From Bigelowiella natans CCMP2755 (taxonomy: Eukaryota; Protista; Cercozoa), in contig ADNK01000825.1 of NCBI GenBank assembly GCA_000320545.1, positions 1 to 64,000 on the forward strand: a DNA stretch of 64,000 bases, in the 5' to 3' direction. Below, piece by piece: positions 52,200 to 64,000 of this stretch (positions are counted from its first letter, which is position 1; every line of letters starts with the position of its first letter). The position numbers and the translations under genes were made by a program. The notes under the pieces are model-generated. The model did not search any database. It had not been told where the DNA came from and saw only the letters and a program-made list of their open reading frames with translations.

Positions 52200-53096
52200 C
52201 ATAACATAAAAAGAGGGAGAGAGGGGGGGGTGGGGGGGGTTGAATAAATGGTGATTGTACCGCGCCGTTTGTCACGAGCCAGACGATATTGCGGAGGATT
52301 TGATATCGAAATGAATCATCTTTCCATGGTTATAAATTGTAGTAATGTATAAATTCAAATTTAATGGTTGCTTTTAAAATATTCATTTCTAGATACACAC
52401 ACACACACACATACACACACATACACACACATACACACTCACACCCGCATTCACTCATACAAACGTGCAAAGAATCAAATATTAATAATTCGTGAGAGGA
52501 GTAAGTGAATGAAGAATTGCCTTGGTTCGCTACAGCGCTCGCCTCCTCCTTGCCATGATTAAGATTGGGCAAGACTTCCATAATCCCCTTATCCAACGAG
52601 ATGTCCCCATCGGATGCTACCACAACGAATGTTCTTCTGCCCTCTGATTGACAAGGACGAGAGGAGGAGGAGGGGGGGAGAGAGGTGGGTGAGGAGTGAG
52701 AATCCGTGTCGGTGGATGCAACGGTTACGTGCTATTTTTATTTCTGAGACACAACGTATAATAGAGCTTTTGAAACGCTTATAATAGAGCCTTTTTCTCT
52801 CACTTTCTTTGATATCTCGTGCCCATTCCCGCACCACCGTGTCACTGAGCGACGTGCGAATCTGAAAAAACATCATCACGAAAGTGGTAATAGTAGTAGT
52901 AGTAGTAAGTACGTGATGAAAAGTCTCATACTTCTTGAGAAACCACTTCGTCTAATATATAATATCATCACCATCGTTATAATTCTTTTTCTTCTCCTTC
53001 TTTTTCTTCGCTCGTTATTACGCATTTCTTTGCCACAATCATGTCGTCTCAGCGGATATCTACTACTACAAACTACTACTACTCCTACATCCCCTG

Positions 53097-53128
<32 letters not shown>

Positions 53129-53296
53129 ACCTCCCACGAGCTCAAGAGCTTCTCCGGCACTCTTCTAGAAAGGATGCGAAGGAAAGAATCTTGTACCTCG
53201 CCATACGCACAGCTGCAACAAGGAAACATACGCCGGGGAAGGAAACGGGGGAGAGTTTGGGCAAGGATTAGATAGAGATACACACACGTACACACA

Positions 53297-53337
<41 letters not shown>

Positions 53338-54658
53338 GTACTTATAAAAGCATTTCTTGTAGTTCTCATTGGTTGTTGGTCTAGTTGTTATTTTGAATTA
53401 TTCTCGCTGTTCCTCCTCCCAACCTCCTCCCTATCCACTGCCCATTTTGTGCGACTCACTGACCTTGATTGCAGAACAAACAACCTCGCATTCAGGGGAG
53501 CATTTTCAAGAAGAAAATCGGCAGCCGCCATTCCACCCGTGAATATCTTGTCTAACGGGATGCTCTGCAGGGTGCGTTAGATCATGTGATCGTAAGAAAT
53601 AATTGGTACATCATACACACGATGTGTGTGTGTGTGTGTCTGTGTGTGTGCGTGTTTGTGCGTGCGTTGCATATGCACTCTACCTTTCCAGCAGGTAAGG
53701 AAAAGGGGCCGGAAGAGAACTTGGCTTGAGTCCCGATGGCGCCCTTAGCTCCCGAGTTTGAGAGAAGGACGTACGGAAAACTGCTCTCTGTGAGAAACTA
53801 TGGGTTGCACATGAAGTGTATAAAAGGAAGAAAATGGCGATAGCAATTAAGATATGAAAGAAAGAAGAAACGTTTCATCACCTCCACAGCTAAGTCCCTT
53901 TTCCTATTACATAATACCTTGTGGAAGTCTGGAGTGGAAGGGAGCAAGCCCAGATCGTTGTACAGTGTACCATCAAGGTCAATCAACACGCCCTTCACTC
54001 CTCTTAGGTGCTCCTCCGTACAATTGGGAGGGACTTGGAGGGTGGTGCTTTGGCCTCCACGCAGTCGATTTATCGTGTTATCACTACTGTGGTCATTTTC
54101 ATGCTCCAAATTGAACTCAGAAACAGCTGAATTAATCATCAACACCACCAAGGATGGAACCTTTGCGAGAAAGAATCCAACAAAGCTCAGGGCCAATCTC
54201 AAAGCGTTTGCCGTAAAATTTTGGGCTTGTGCAATAGCATCTTTGCTGATAAGGGAACGGCAAGTGTGCTGGAGAAAAGAGACGTACGAGGAGCGGCGAG
54301 GATGTTGAGAAGGAGGAACATCCCACTGGTGAGGAGGAGTGGATGGTAGCAGAGGTATAGACGGAGAAGATAACGATGAGGAGGACGCAGAGGAGGGCGA
54401 TGATGATGAGGAAGAGGAAGAGGACAACGATTTCGATGGCAGAAGGACATAATCTGAGAGCAGCTTGTAAACATCCAGGCCGCTATCTTGTCTCTGCATT
54501 ATATTTGAACAAAGAGTTCATGGGTGTTTTTCCTTAGACGAGAGAGAGAGAGAGAGAGAGCACGCAAGTTGTAACAGCAGCGTACGCGGACATACCTTAT
54601 CGTCACCAACGTTGCTGCCACTTGAGCAGGCCACGCAGAGTACAAGCACAAGCAGCAT
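50582..54658 (-). CDS. HAD-superfamily subfamily IIA (NagD/pNPPase-like) hydrolase with predicted signal peptide
   Basis: Motif I VLIDLDGTLY; YVLLSNSG; IPLDKIFTGGMAAADFLL; PGPGTIEAFV; AVIIGDTLD/TDIKGANDAGIRSILLRSG. N-terminus MLLVLVLCVACSSG. Confidence 0.88.
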
Positions 54659-54954
54659 CGTGGAACAGCACAGGCGTCGCTCGCTCGGTGCAAGAAGGAG
54701 GCACAGACGAGAATCGGCGCACGTCGACGGACAGCCGCCTACGACCTGGTCAAACCCATCACTCGGTCGAAAAGCGAACCGAGGATATCCTAGGATCTTA
54801 GGCGATTTCACACAGTGCGACAAGGTTCGAAATAGCAGATCACGTATCTGATATTAGCAGGTAGTAACAGCAATACCGGGGGGAGAGGAATGGCGCCCTA
54901 CCCGAGGCGTAGGCTCGCGTATGAGTAAGAGCCCTACCTGACGCCGATCGTCGC
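54659..54954. promoter_or_regulatory. Putative bidirectional promoter
   Basis: About 300 bp between divergent HAD and PPR start codons. Confidence 0.5.
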
Positions 54955-55654
54955 ATGGAGGGGAGGGGGAGCTCGATGATTCGAATGATCCGTTCATTTT
55001 GGGTCATGATGCTGCTGAATGGTCTCCATTTGGCCTTCTCACGAGGTCATTCAGGTGCGTCGAGCTAACGTACCCCCCCCCAAAACATGCCACCAAATTT
55101 CCCAGTGATTGAATGTTCGCTGTGCTTGAATCAACTTATTTCTTTTCCCAGGAATATCCCGTACAGTCCCAAGTATATCCTCCCTTTCCTCCTCACTCGC
55201 ACTTCGACGCCAACGATATTCCTCCTCTGACTTGTCGGCCCCACGACATTCATCATCATCTTTCTCTCCTCCATCCACTGCGAAATCTCGTCATACTTAC
55301 TCCATCCGACGCTCCCCGTCGTCGAATATAGCTTCTGTAAGGACGGCGGGTGGAAAGGGAGATGAGATTCTTCCTCCAAAAGATGAAGATGGCTTACCGC
55401 AAACACCACCACGCCGGCGGCGTCGCCGATATCAGCCGCTTCCTTCTCGGGCAGGAGGCAGGATTAATCTGCGTGGGCCCCGAGGCTATAGCCCAAACCG
55501 GATCACCTATAACACGCTGATTAATGCCTGTGTGAATGGCGGGTAGCACTTTCAAAACCTACTGTAGTAGAATGGGGTAGCCAGAGGCTCTACTAAATTA
55601 GCATTGTACCTCCGTCAGAGAGAGGCATTGTACCTTCGTCAGAGAGAAAGATAG

Positions 55655-55715
<61 letters not shown>

Positions 55716-56387
55716 TGCGCCATGATCACTGGTCCTTTCCTTTGTCAACCCCACCCAAAAGAAAAACTTGAATAATTAACGATACTTCGAGCCCACAGAT
55801 GCATCATGCTCATCGTCAAGTGTACGACACAACACTCGCTACTATTGTCCGTCAACTCAAAATCAGCTATTGATTTACACTAAGGAACGTGAAGAAAGGA
55901 GTTGAGCTTCTAGCGCAGATGCAGAGGGAGAGGTTGCAGGTAGGCGGTACCATTCGAATATGATCTATGATCAAATAAAAGCACTCCGATCAAATTGATA
56001 AAGCTGCAACATCAAAGCCATCTATTTGATCTTTCACAGAAGATACTCACACGCACAGAATTTTTTGTTAGAAGCATGCACACACGCACTATTAATGGCT
56101 TTGGAACTATTTAGCCGGATGTGGTCACATTTACCTCTCTCGCCAAGTCTCCAGATGGAAGAAAGTCAGTCAATATGAGATATTAAAAGAGGAGGCCATA
56201 CAGTAGGAATAGCAGTATGAGGAGGAGGAGGAGGAGGAGGAGGAAGGGGGGGGGGGGGGTATAGTTAGGTAGAGAGTAGGGATACTACTAATAGAATCTC
56301 TCCTCAGCAAAAAGGGGGGGGGGGTGAGGGTCATGGGAGAAAAGAAGGTGATGCAAAGAATTAATTCAAAAGGACCCATATCATTAC

Positions 56388-56418
<31 letters not shown>

Positions 56419-58619
56419 ATTGTCTCTCTCCGAGCAGGTTTGTAGAGATGATGCAGAGGATGGGAATCCAACCCAACAGCGCGACTCTGTCGACTTCGAT
56501 CTCGCGGGAAACTCGAATCGGTGATGTGACGCAGAACTGGGCAGCCTCACTGCAAGTCTTCGAGAAAACATTGCGTGAAGACAAGGTAGTAAGTTTGCAC
56601 GACATTTATCACTCCTCTGTCGTTTTTCCCTGATGGTTTCCCTCTACTACTTTCACCATAATTCACTAATTGATGTCATCGTTGTTGTGCTGCTTCCCTT
56701 CCCCCCCCCCCCCAGGCGCTTATAAACTCTTTTGTCGTAAATTCGATCCTACATTCTCTCAATCAAGCGAGCAAATGGGTTATTGTTTTGACAGTCATAC
56801 TGATGATGTAAGGATGGTTGCATGTAGTAGCCTGCCTCTGTCTTTCTCTTCCCCTCATTGCATTCATTAATATAGATATTTACCCTGCTGCTCTATGCTG
56901 TGCTCAACTGCTTCACTTGTACTGTTCTCTCTTCTATCATCACAAACAGGCCCTCACGTTGTCGGTTTTCCAGCAATGCCCAGAGAGGATGGTATTCATA
57001 CATTTCCACCACGATCAAAGACGAGGCACTTGTATACATCTCTGGCAGTTATGATGATGGTGTGTGTGATGGGGTCGGTTCTGGTCCAAGTTTCATAGTT
57101 GTTGTTGTTGTCATTGTTGTTTCAAGTATATTAATGATGCCGATTATATTCCAAATGTAACGCACAGACGGACTCCGGCAGCTGTGGCTTAGCAATGCAC
57201 GCAGCGTATATGTCGGGCCGGCACCGTGATGTTCTCGCACTGTTTGAACGTGCAAAAGTGAAAGAAGAAGTAGCAAGCACTGAGACCGCTGATGACGATG
57301 ATAGCGGCGGATATTTAACTAACGTAGCAGGGCTTGATCGTGGCCAATCAGCATTAGCAGCATCTCTTCCCGAGTGCCCCCCTACTTTCCCTCCTCCTCC
57401 TCCTCTTCGTCGTGCGGTGCTCCCCCTCTCCACACATAAGACCCGTATGAAAGCGCAGCAGTCTCTTGGAGACTTCCAAGGCGTTCTTTCGAGTTACGAA
57501 GAGATTATAGCTCAGCTGTCATTCCAGCAGCAGAAGCAGCCGGAGGAGCAGGGGGAGGAGGAGGAGGAGGAGGAGGAGGAGGATCGATACAGTAACTATG
57601 CTGACAACGCCCCTGCTGCTGCTGCTGCTGCTGGTGATGATGCAGGAGATGATAGGAATGGAGAAGTCACCTCGAGTTACAGGCAGCAGCGTCGAAGTCG
57701 TCGTCGTCTACGTCTAAGGCAGCAGCCTGACTCGTTTGTTTACCAGCTAGTGTGCCGAGCTCTTGGGAGGAGCTTGCAAGCAATGGGTGCACCACCAACT
57801 ACGAACAATCTTCCTCTCAATGCTGATACGACGACGACGATGACGTCTAATAAAAGTGACGATGACGATCGCCATCAAGGGGAAGATGAGAAACACGGAG
57901 AAGAAGACCCGCGGCTTCGCCTATGGAGAGAGCAAGGGAACGAGGCCCTCATCGCTGCCATGGAGGCACAGGGGGTGGTACCGAATAGTGACCATCTCAG
58001 AGCTCTGCTGGAAGGGCTGCTGCTGACGACGACGACGACGACGAGGTGGGGAGAAGGTAAGATGATATCGGAAGCAGAGAGGCCAGCGACGATGATGATG
58101 ACGACTGGGGGGGGGGGGGGGGAAGCTGCTCAGAAGGCCCAACAGAGCAGGGGATGGGCAGGAGGCGATAAAGTATTTGCTCAGATTGCAAGAGATGTGC
58201 TCCGCCTCTTTACAAGGCGCTGTAACGTGACAGCAACACCGCATGATATAGCTCTCGTTGTCCGTGCACACGCGCCGCTTGACCTGGAATCGGGCCGTAG
58301 ACTTCTAAAAGATATTGGTGGTTTTGATGGTGGTGATGACTATGGAGAAGAAAAAGCAGGAGAACAAGTAGAAGAAGGCAATGGTCCTCCTCCTCCTGCT
58401 AATGCTGCTACTGCTACTGCTACTGCCTCGACTGGGAGAATGAGAAAGGATGATATTGCAGTTTACAACGCACTGCTGTACTGCTGCTGTGCCGTGAGTG
58501 GGAATTGGCAGAATGGGCTTGCTATCCTGCAAGATATCATAGTACGTCGTTCGAAGATTAAGAGAGGAGAGACGACGATAATATGATGATATATATATAT
58601 AGCTCATCGTGTGCTTGTA

Positions 58620-58658
<39 letters not shown>

Positions 58659-60664
58659 AGATGTGTAATATATATATATTTAAATGTATTCATTTATTTA
58701 TCCATGTTGCTTTTTCTCGACTTCTACTGCCCCCCCCCCCCCCCCCTCTGCTCAGAGTCTTAACTTGGAACTCGACCGTGAGACATATCGTACAATTGGC
58801 ATTGGGTTCATGAGGGGGGGCATGAGCGACAGAATGGAGGAGTTAGTTCTTACAGGGTCTGGTAAGATGCTGTCCCTTAAACTGGATCCTATGCCATATC
58901 AGGTTGATATATATTATACATATGCTTGTGTGTGTGTGTCTGTGTGTGTGTGTGTGTGTGTGTATCGTAGCAGTCTCGTTATTGTTTACTCTTAATCTCC
59001 TTCACCATCGTCGTTATCACCATCATCATCATCACCTACAACAACAACAACTACCACTACTACTCCTCCTCCTCTAAGGGGCTGTTGGAGGCTGCTAGCC
59101 AGTATGGAGGGTGGCAAAGGTGCCTCTCCCTGATCTCGTCGATGAGGGCCTCAAGCCTCAGGTTGTCACGTATGTAGTAGCCGCACCACCATCTCAGGGC
59201 ACATAAAAAGGGTGTTTGCAGTGACGATGACGATGACGAAGAGGATGAAAGATGATGATGATGATGCTGATGATAAGTGACGATGTTGTATGATGATTGA
59301 TTTCGATCAGGCCCGGGAACTCCGCGTATTTGGGCCTGGTGCGGGCGCTGACGTGCAATGCGCGATCTTTCATCTCCGTAGAGCACATCGCCGACATCCT
59401 CGACCGTGCATCCATCCCCATCGACGATGACGTCGTCGCCTCTCTCATGATGGAGGCGAGTTTGGACTTGGGGGTAGTTGAGGAGGAGGATAGGAGGGAG
59501 ACCCGTAGGCGGAAACCGAAGCTCACGACTGGACTTACTGCGGAGGAGGTGTGTGACGAGGATATGGGGGAGGGGGAGGGGGGGGGGTGGGAGGACCAAG
59601 GAATGACGGACCAAGGAATGACGATCGCAATGAATAAGAATCGCCTGTACCACCGCACTCTTGGCATAAAATGCGTCGTGTTTCCATGCTAATACAGGTT
59701 GCTGGCTTCCGCGTCTCCGATTTGGCGACATCGACGTTCATGTGGCTGATGGATCGCATGCAGATTCCCATCGGGGTTTCGTCCTACCGTATTCTGCTTA
59801 AAGCCTACCTCACGGACAATAGATGGGGCGACGCCCTTTGCCGTCTTTGATCAGGTGCTAAATCCATGTCTATTGACGGTTACGGTCGGTGGTGATGATA
59901 CATACTGAAATATACACAGAGAGCGAGCGAGAGAGAGAGAGAGAGAGGGAGAGGGAGAGAGAGAGAGAGAGCAAGCCACAATGATGCTATTGTCTTTCTT
60001 TCTCTTCTTCATCATCTCCCCTCCTCCCCCCCCTCACTACGCTATCACACCGGTACATCTCCTGGCTTCTCCCTCCTTTTAATCTTCCCCTTTTCCGGAG
60101 TATGGCGTGTATGCAGCGATCTATGCATTGCTGGAAGTCTATACTGCGTGCTTTGTCGACTCCTCATCGAAGCACGTACTTCTATCAAAATTATGGTGAT
60201 GATGACGATGATATACCACTACCTCTACAGATGGTGTCACGAGTGCTGCTTCCCGATGTCCGCAGCTGCAATGGGTCTAGAAATGGCTGATGAGAATATA
60301 AATATCATATCGTTCGTTTTGTGGTTGCGTGAATCGTACGTCTGTATTAATGATATGCTCATGTTTATAAACCGTAACTTTCGGAGGGAGGCCTATTGTT
60401 ACTTTGATCATCAGCAACAGCATCATCCGTATCATCATATATTCCATATCCGATTCACACTCTCACAAACACACACACACACACACAAACACACACTCAC
60501 ACTCACTCACTCACTCACTCACACGCTCGAACAACGCATGGCAGGCTCATCCTTGCATGCAAGAAGGAGGCGCGGGTAACCCAAGCACTTAACATCGTAC
60601 GATCGATGCGACGGCTAGGAGTTTTGATGAATCAGGTGGTGGCTATGTTCCATACGTGTGTGTG

Positions 60665-60700
<36 letters not shown>

Positions 60701-60932
60701 ATGTCCTTGCTAATTGGGAAGGACTGATGGCAGACATCCAAGAAGAAGAAGAAGAAGACAAGGAGAAGAAAGAAGAGTGTGATTCTTGCTACTATATTCT
60801 GTGGCCTTTGTTGCCGCTGAAATCGTTGATTATCTGTTATGTTGGCCCCCGTTATCACGAATAGGGAACATACAACGCTTTGCTCACCGTTTGTGCTGCG
60901 GGAAGGCAATGGACAGTGGTACCCGTCCTGCT

Positions 60933-60963
<31 letters not shown>

Positions 60964-61617
60964 ACATTGCTTAGCAACTACTACTTCTATTACTATGCCC
61001 CGAAGAAGAAGAAGAAGAAGAAGAAGAAGAAGAAGAAGGCGAAAACGATGATTACAGCATAATTTATTACCTTTTCTGCTGCTGTGACGTTGGAAATTAG
61101 GCCGATGCAGTCCTCGCTGATATGAAGCTCGGCAGGAAAACAGGCGCGTATCTATCAACGAAACCCTCGAAAAGGACATACGACGCCCTCATTCTCACGC
61201 ATGCACGCGCATCGAGATGGTGGCGAGCTCTTGAATATCTCGAGGAAATGACAACAACGAGGAGGGATGTGAGCAGGCCAGTGTCGCGAGGAATGCCGTT
61301 CAGCTTTCAGGTGCTGCTCTCTCCTACTAACAAATGTCTATTTTAACACACACACACACACACACACTGCATCCGCAGTAGCAGTAGTAGTAGCGGTAGT
61401 AGTCGTATATCGTCCTCCAAGAAGTGGAGATTCATGTTCATTATTAAATTATATGTATCTGCTGCTGCTGCTGTGTGTGTGTGTGTGTGTGTGTGTAAAT
61501 GTCAGCCGGACATGCACACAAAGCAAGCATTCTCCGTTTGCGTGGCAAGAATGAGCGATCCGGTGGAAGTTCTGTCGCTGTACTCTCAGCTGCAGCAACG
61601 ATATAGTAAGAGTTCTC

Positions 61618-61655
<38 letters not shown>

Positions 61656-61822
61656 CTGTCTACTATCCACAAGCACATCTCCTCTCCACAGGATTTCAGA
61701 TACAACACAATGCACAACGCAAAACGTATACACGCCCCCCCCTCGTCGTCCCTTTGCTCCTTACACTTTCCTCTGTGTTGTCGCTCCCTTATCTTCCCCA
61801 TATTTACCTCGTTGTCGTCGTT

Positions 61823-61854
<32 letters not shown>

Positions 61855-63370
61855 TATCTTCATCATCTTATTCTTTTTCTTCTTCTCTTATACTAATATA
61901 TCGTTGTTTTTCCTGCTGCTTTTCAAGACATAACCGTCAGTCCAGATGCGCTCCGCTCCATGCTCGAGAACGCAAGCCGCACACAATGCTTGCCTCCCCT
62001 TTCTACTTCCCCCGCAGCAACCGATTACGATCTAACTGTGGTGGAGGAGGATGGGGGGGAGAGGGAGACGGGGAAAGATAAGAGAGACAGCAAACAGCAT
62101 CATCTTCATCTTAAAGGTCTCGCTACATATATGGGAGCGCTCCTGAAGCTGTGGAGGCTTGTTCCACAAGAGACTCGTACGGAGAGAAGCTTTCATCGCA
62201 TCATCCGCGCATGCTGCCGTGCTGGTCTGTGGCGTCCCGCGGTCAAAGAGCTCATTCTATTGCAGGAGTTCTCGATGGCAATGGCGACGCCGTCTTCGTC
62301 ATCATTATTAAGGATGAATGCAGAGGAGGAGGAGGAGGAGGTGGAGGAGTGGGCAGAAGCTATATCATCTGGCCAGAGTCAGCAGCAGCAGCAGCAAGGA
62401 GCAGCCAGGACCTCCTCCTCACCCCGTATTATCACCCCCACCACTGCATATGCTGCCGCAACGGATGGTGACATGATTGGGCAGCAGTCACAAGGGGATG
62501 ATGAGGCAGATGGGAAGGCAGAAGAAAAAGAAGAAGAAGAAGAAGAAGAAGAAGAAGAAGAAGAGAAAAGAGAAGCAGCAGCTGCAGTAGCCGAAGGAGA
62601 AAGCAACTACGATGAAAACAATTATGACCAAGAATCATCAGCGGGTAGGGGTGGTGGTAGTAGTAGTAGTGGTAGCACCCAGTTCTTAATACACCACGAT
62701 ACTACTGGAACTGTGGAGGAGAAGCAGCGAATCAAGGCTATGGCCCGAACGGTGCGGCACGTGGTCCAAACTCTCGGGGAAGCACGGAAGTTTACCCTGG
62801 CAACACGTGTATTTCGTAGCTTTGGCTTCGATTCCGCAGAGGACTATCAGACGCTTCTAAATGCAGCAGCAGCAGGCTCACGCTGGGAAGAGGCACTGCA
62901 GATTCGAGCCGAGTTGCAGGTGGTGCAAATCCTCTTCTCCCCCCCCCCCCCCCCTTACGATCCGCCATTCCTCTCCGAACATTTCCCCTCTCTTTCCTTC
63001 TCTCTCCCTCTCACTGCCTCCTCCTCCTCCTGTCGGTTTAGTTAATGAATAATACCCTTTTCAGGCCAAGTCGGGTAACAACGCCCCTTTGAAGACGTCG
63101 CTTCTGACAGCAGTGATGCGCGCTTGTACCAAGGGCAAGCAGCATGAGCGGGGGATCGAAGTCTTTGAACGGATGTGCGAGCAGAGGATCGTGCCAGATG
63201 TCCAGGCGTATAGCTCTCTCATACGCATGCTGGGGAGAACTGGCCGATGGCAAGACGCGATGCGCGTGTACCTGCTATTATTTGTCGTGGGGGGGGGGGG
63301 TAGATTTTGTCAAGGATCTAAGAAGTAACACTCGTTCATGAACGAATGCGAGCGGTTTTGATTCATTTAT

Positions 63371-63418
<48 letters not shown>

Positions 63419-63723
63419 TCCCTTCGTCTCCTCTTCCGCCTTCCCTTTGGCCCCCATCCATCCATCCATCCATCCATCCATCCATCCACCCATCCTCTAA
63501 CATCGTTAGATACGTCGGAATGACAAGCGTCCGTCTGCAGCCGGACATGGGGTGCTACCAGGGCTTGGTTCAGGCCTGCGAGAGAGGAGGAAATCGCGTG
63601 GCGGCGCTCATGTATCTCGAGTCTCTCGTTGATAGTGCTTACTCAGAAACCTTGGTTGACCCACAGAAGAAGCTCATACTTCAGACAGTCGACGATGAGG
63701 ACCCCCCCCCCGCGGAAAAATAG
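54955..63723 (+). CDS. Large pentatricopeptide-repeat (PPR) protein with bipartite plastid-type leader
   Basis: PPR-like segments ITYNTLINAC, VYNALLYCC, SSYRILLKAY, YNALLTVCAAGRQW, RTYDALILTHARASRWWRALEYLEEM, SFHRIIRACCRAG, PDVQAYSSLIRMLGRTGRWQDA and PDMGCYQGLVQACERGG. Leader MIRMIRSFWVMMLLNGLHLAFS then an S/R-rich stretch. Stop TAG at 63721-63723. Confidence 0.9.
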
Positions 63724-63822
63724 CGCCGCAGAGGTGAAATGGGAGCAGTGTAGCTATAAGTTTCTAAGTGATAAATCTGAAGAAATAATGTAGGAATCAC
63801 GTGTAGTAGCAGTGTTGTAGTA

Positions 63823-63855
<33 letters not shown>

Positions 63856-64000
63856 TAGTATTAGGGGAAGTAGTAGAAGTAGCAGTAACTAATGGTAGTA
63901 GTGGTAATATTAGTAGAGTCGTTACCATGATGCTGCTGCTGCTGCTGCTGGTGATAGCATAATTAGAACAGGTGCGAGAGGTTAATTATGTAGGCAATAG

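Noticed and set aside
59594-59624. gaccaaggaatgacg x2 in the PPR gene, and gacgcttct x3 at about 14921-14947
   Set aside because: Trivial local tandem duplications.
1-64000. rRNA, tRNA, intact transposase/RT/integrase, or nucleomorph-type 18-21 nt introns
   Set aside because: None recognised by eye; a tRNAscan/Infernal/RepeatMasker run would be needed to exclude them formally.

Overview
Eukaryotic nuclear DNA, intron-rich and microsatellite-rich. Two genes start with signal peptide + S/R-rich transit-like leaders, which points to an alga with a secondary plastid (chlorarachniophyte-like; inference only). I can support about 13 spliced genes plus one LRR gene or pseudogene: an EF-hand protein (partial), an SLC4/BOR anion transporter, an SDS22-like LRR protein, a secreted half-granulin protein, an EF-hand LPCAT, a secreted five-repeat helical protein, an unknown acidic protein, a MAPR/cytochrome b5-like protein, a Siw14/OCA phosphatase, an EF-hand coiled-coil protein, a multi-TM transporter-like protein, a HAD-IIA hydrolase and a large PPR protein. 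Most entries in the ORF track are microsatellite or antisense artefacts, and gene ends were assembled by eye, so they are approximate unless stated. Two features stand out. (1) At 27.2-28.0 kb there is a tandem array of near-identical exon+intron cassettes. Each exon encodes one 23-aa LRR in phase 0, and variation is concentrated at the LxxLxLxxNxL ligand-facing positions. (2) Seven intergenic blocks are enriched in CATG/TGCA/CTAG. They sit in every intergenic interval containing a gene 3' end and in none of the clear divergent promoters. Several hold fossil reading frames broken by TGA/TAG stops, consistent with CG and CAG C-to-T decay. I recognised no rRNA, tRNA, CRISPR array or intact transposon.
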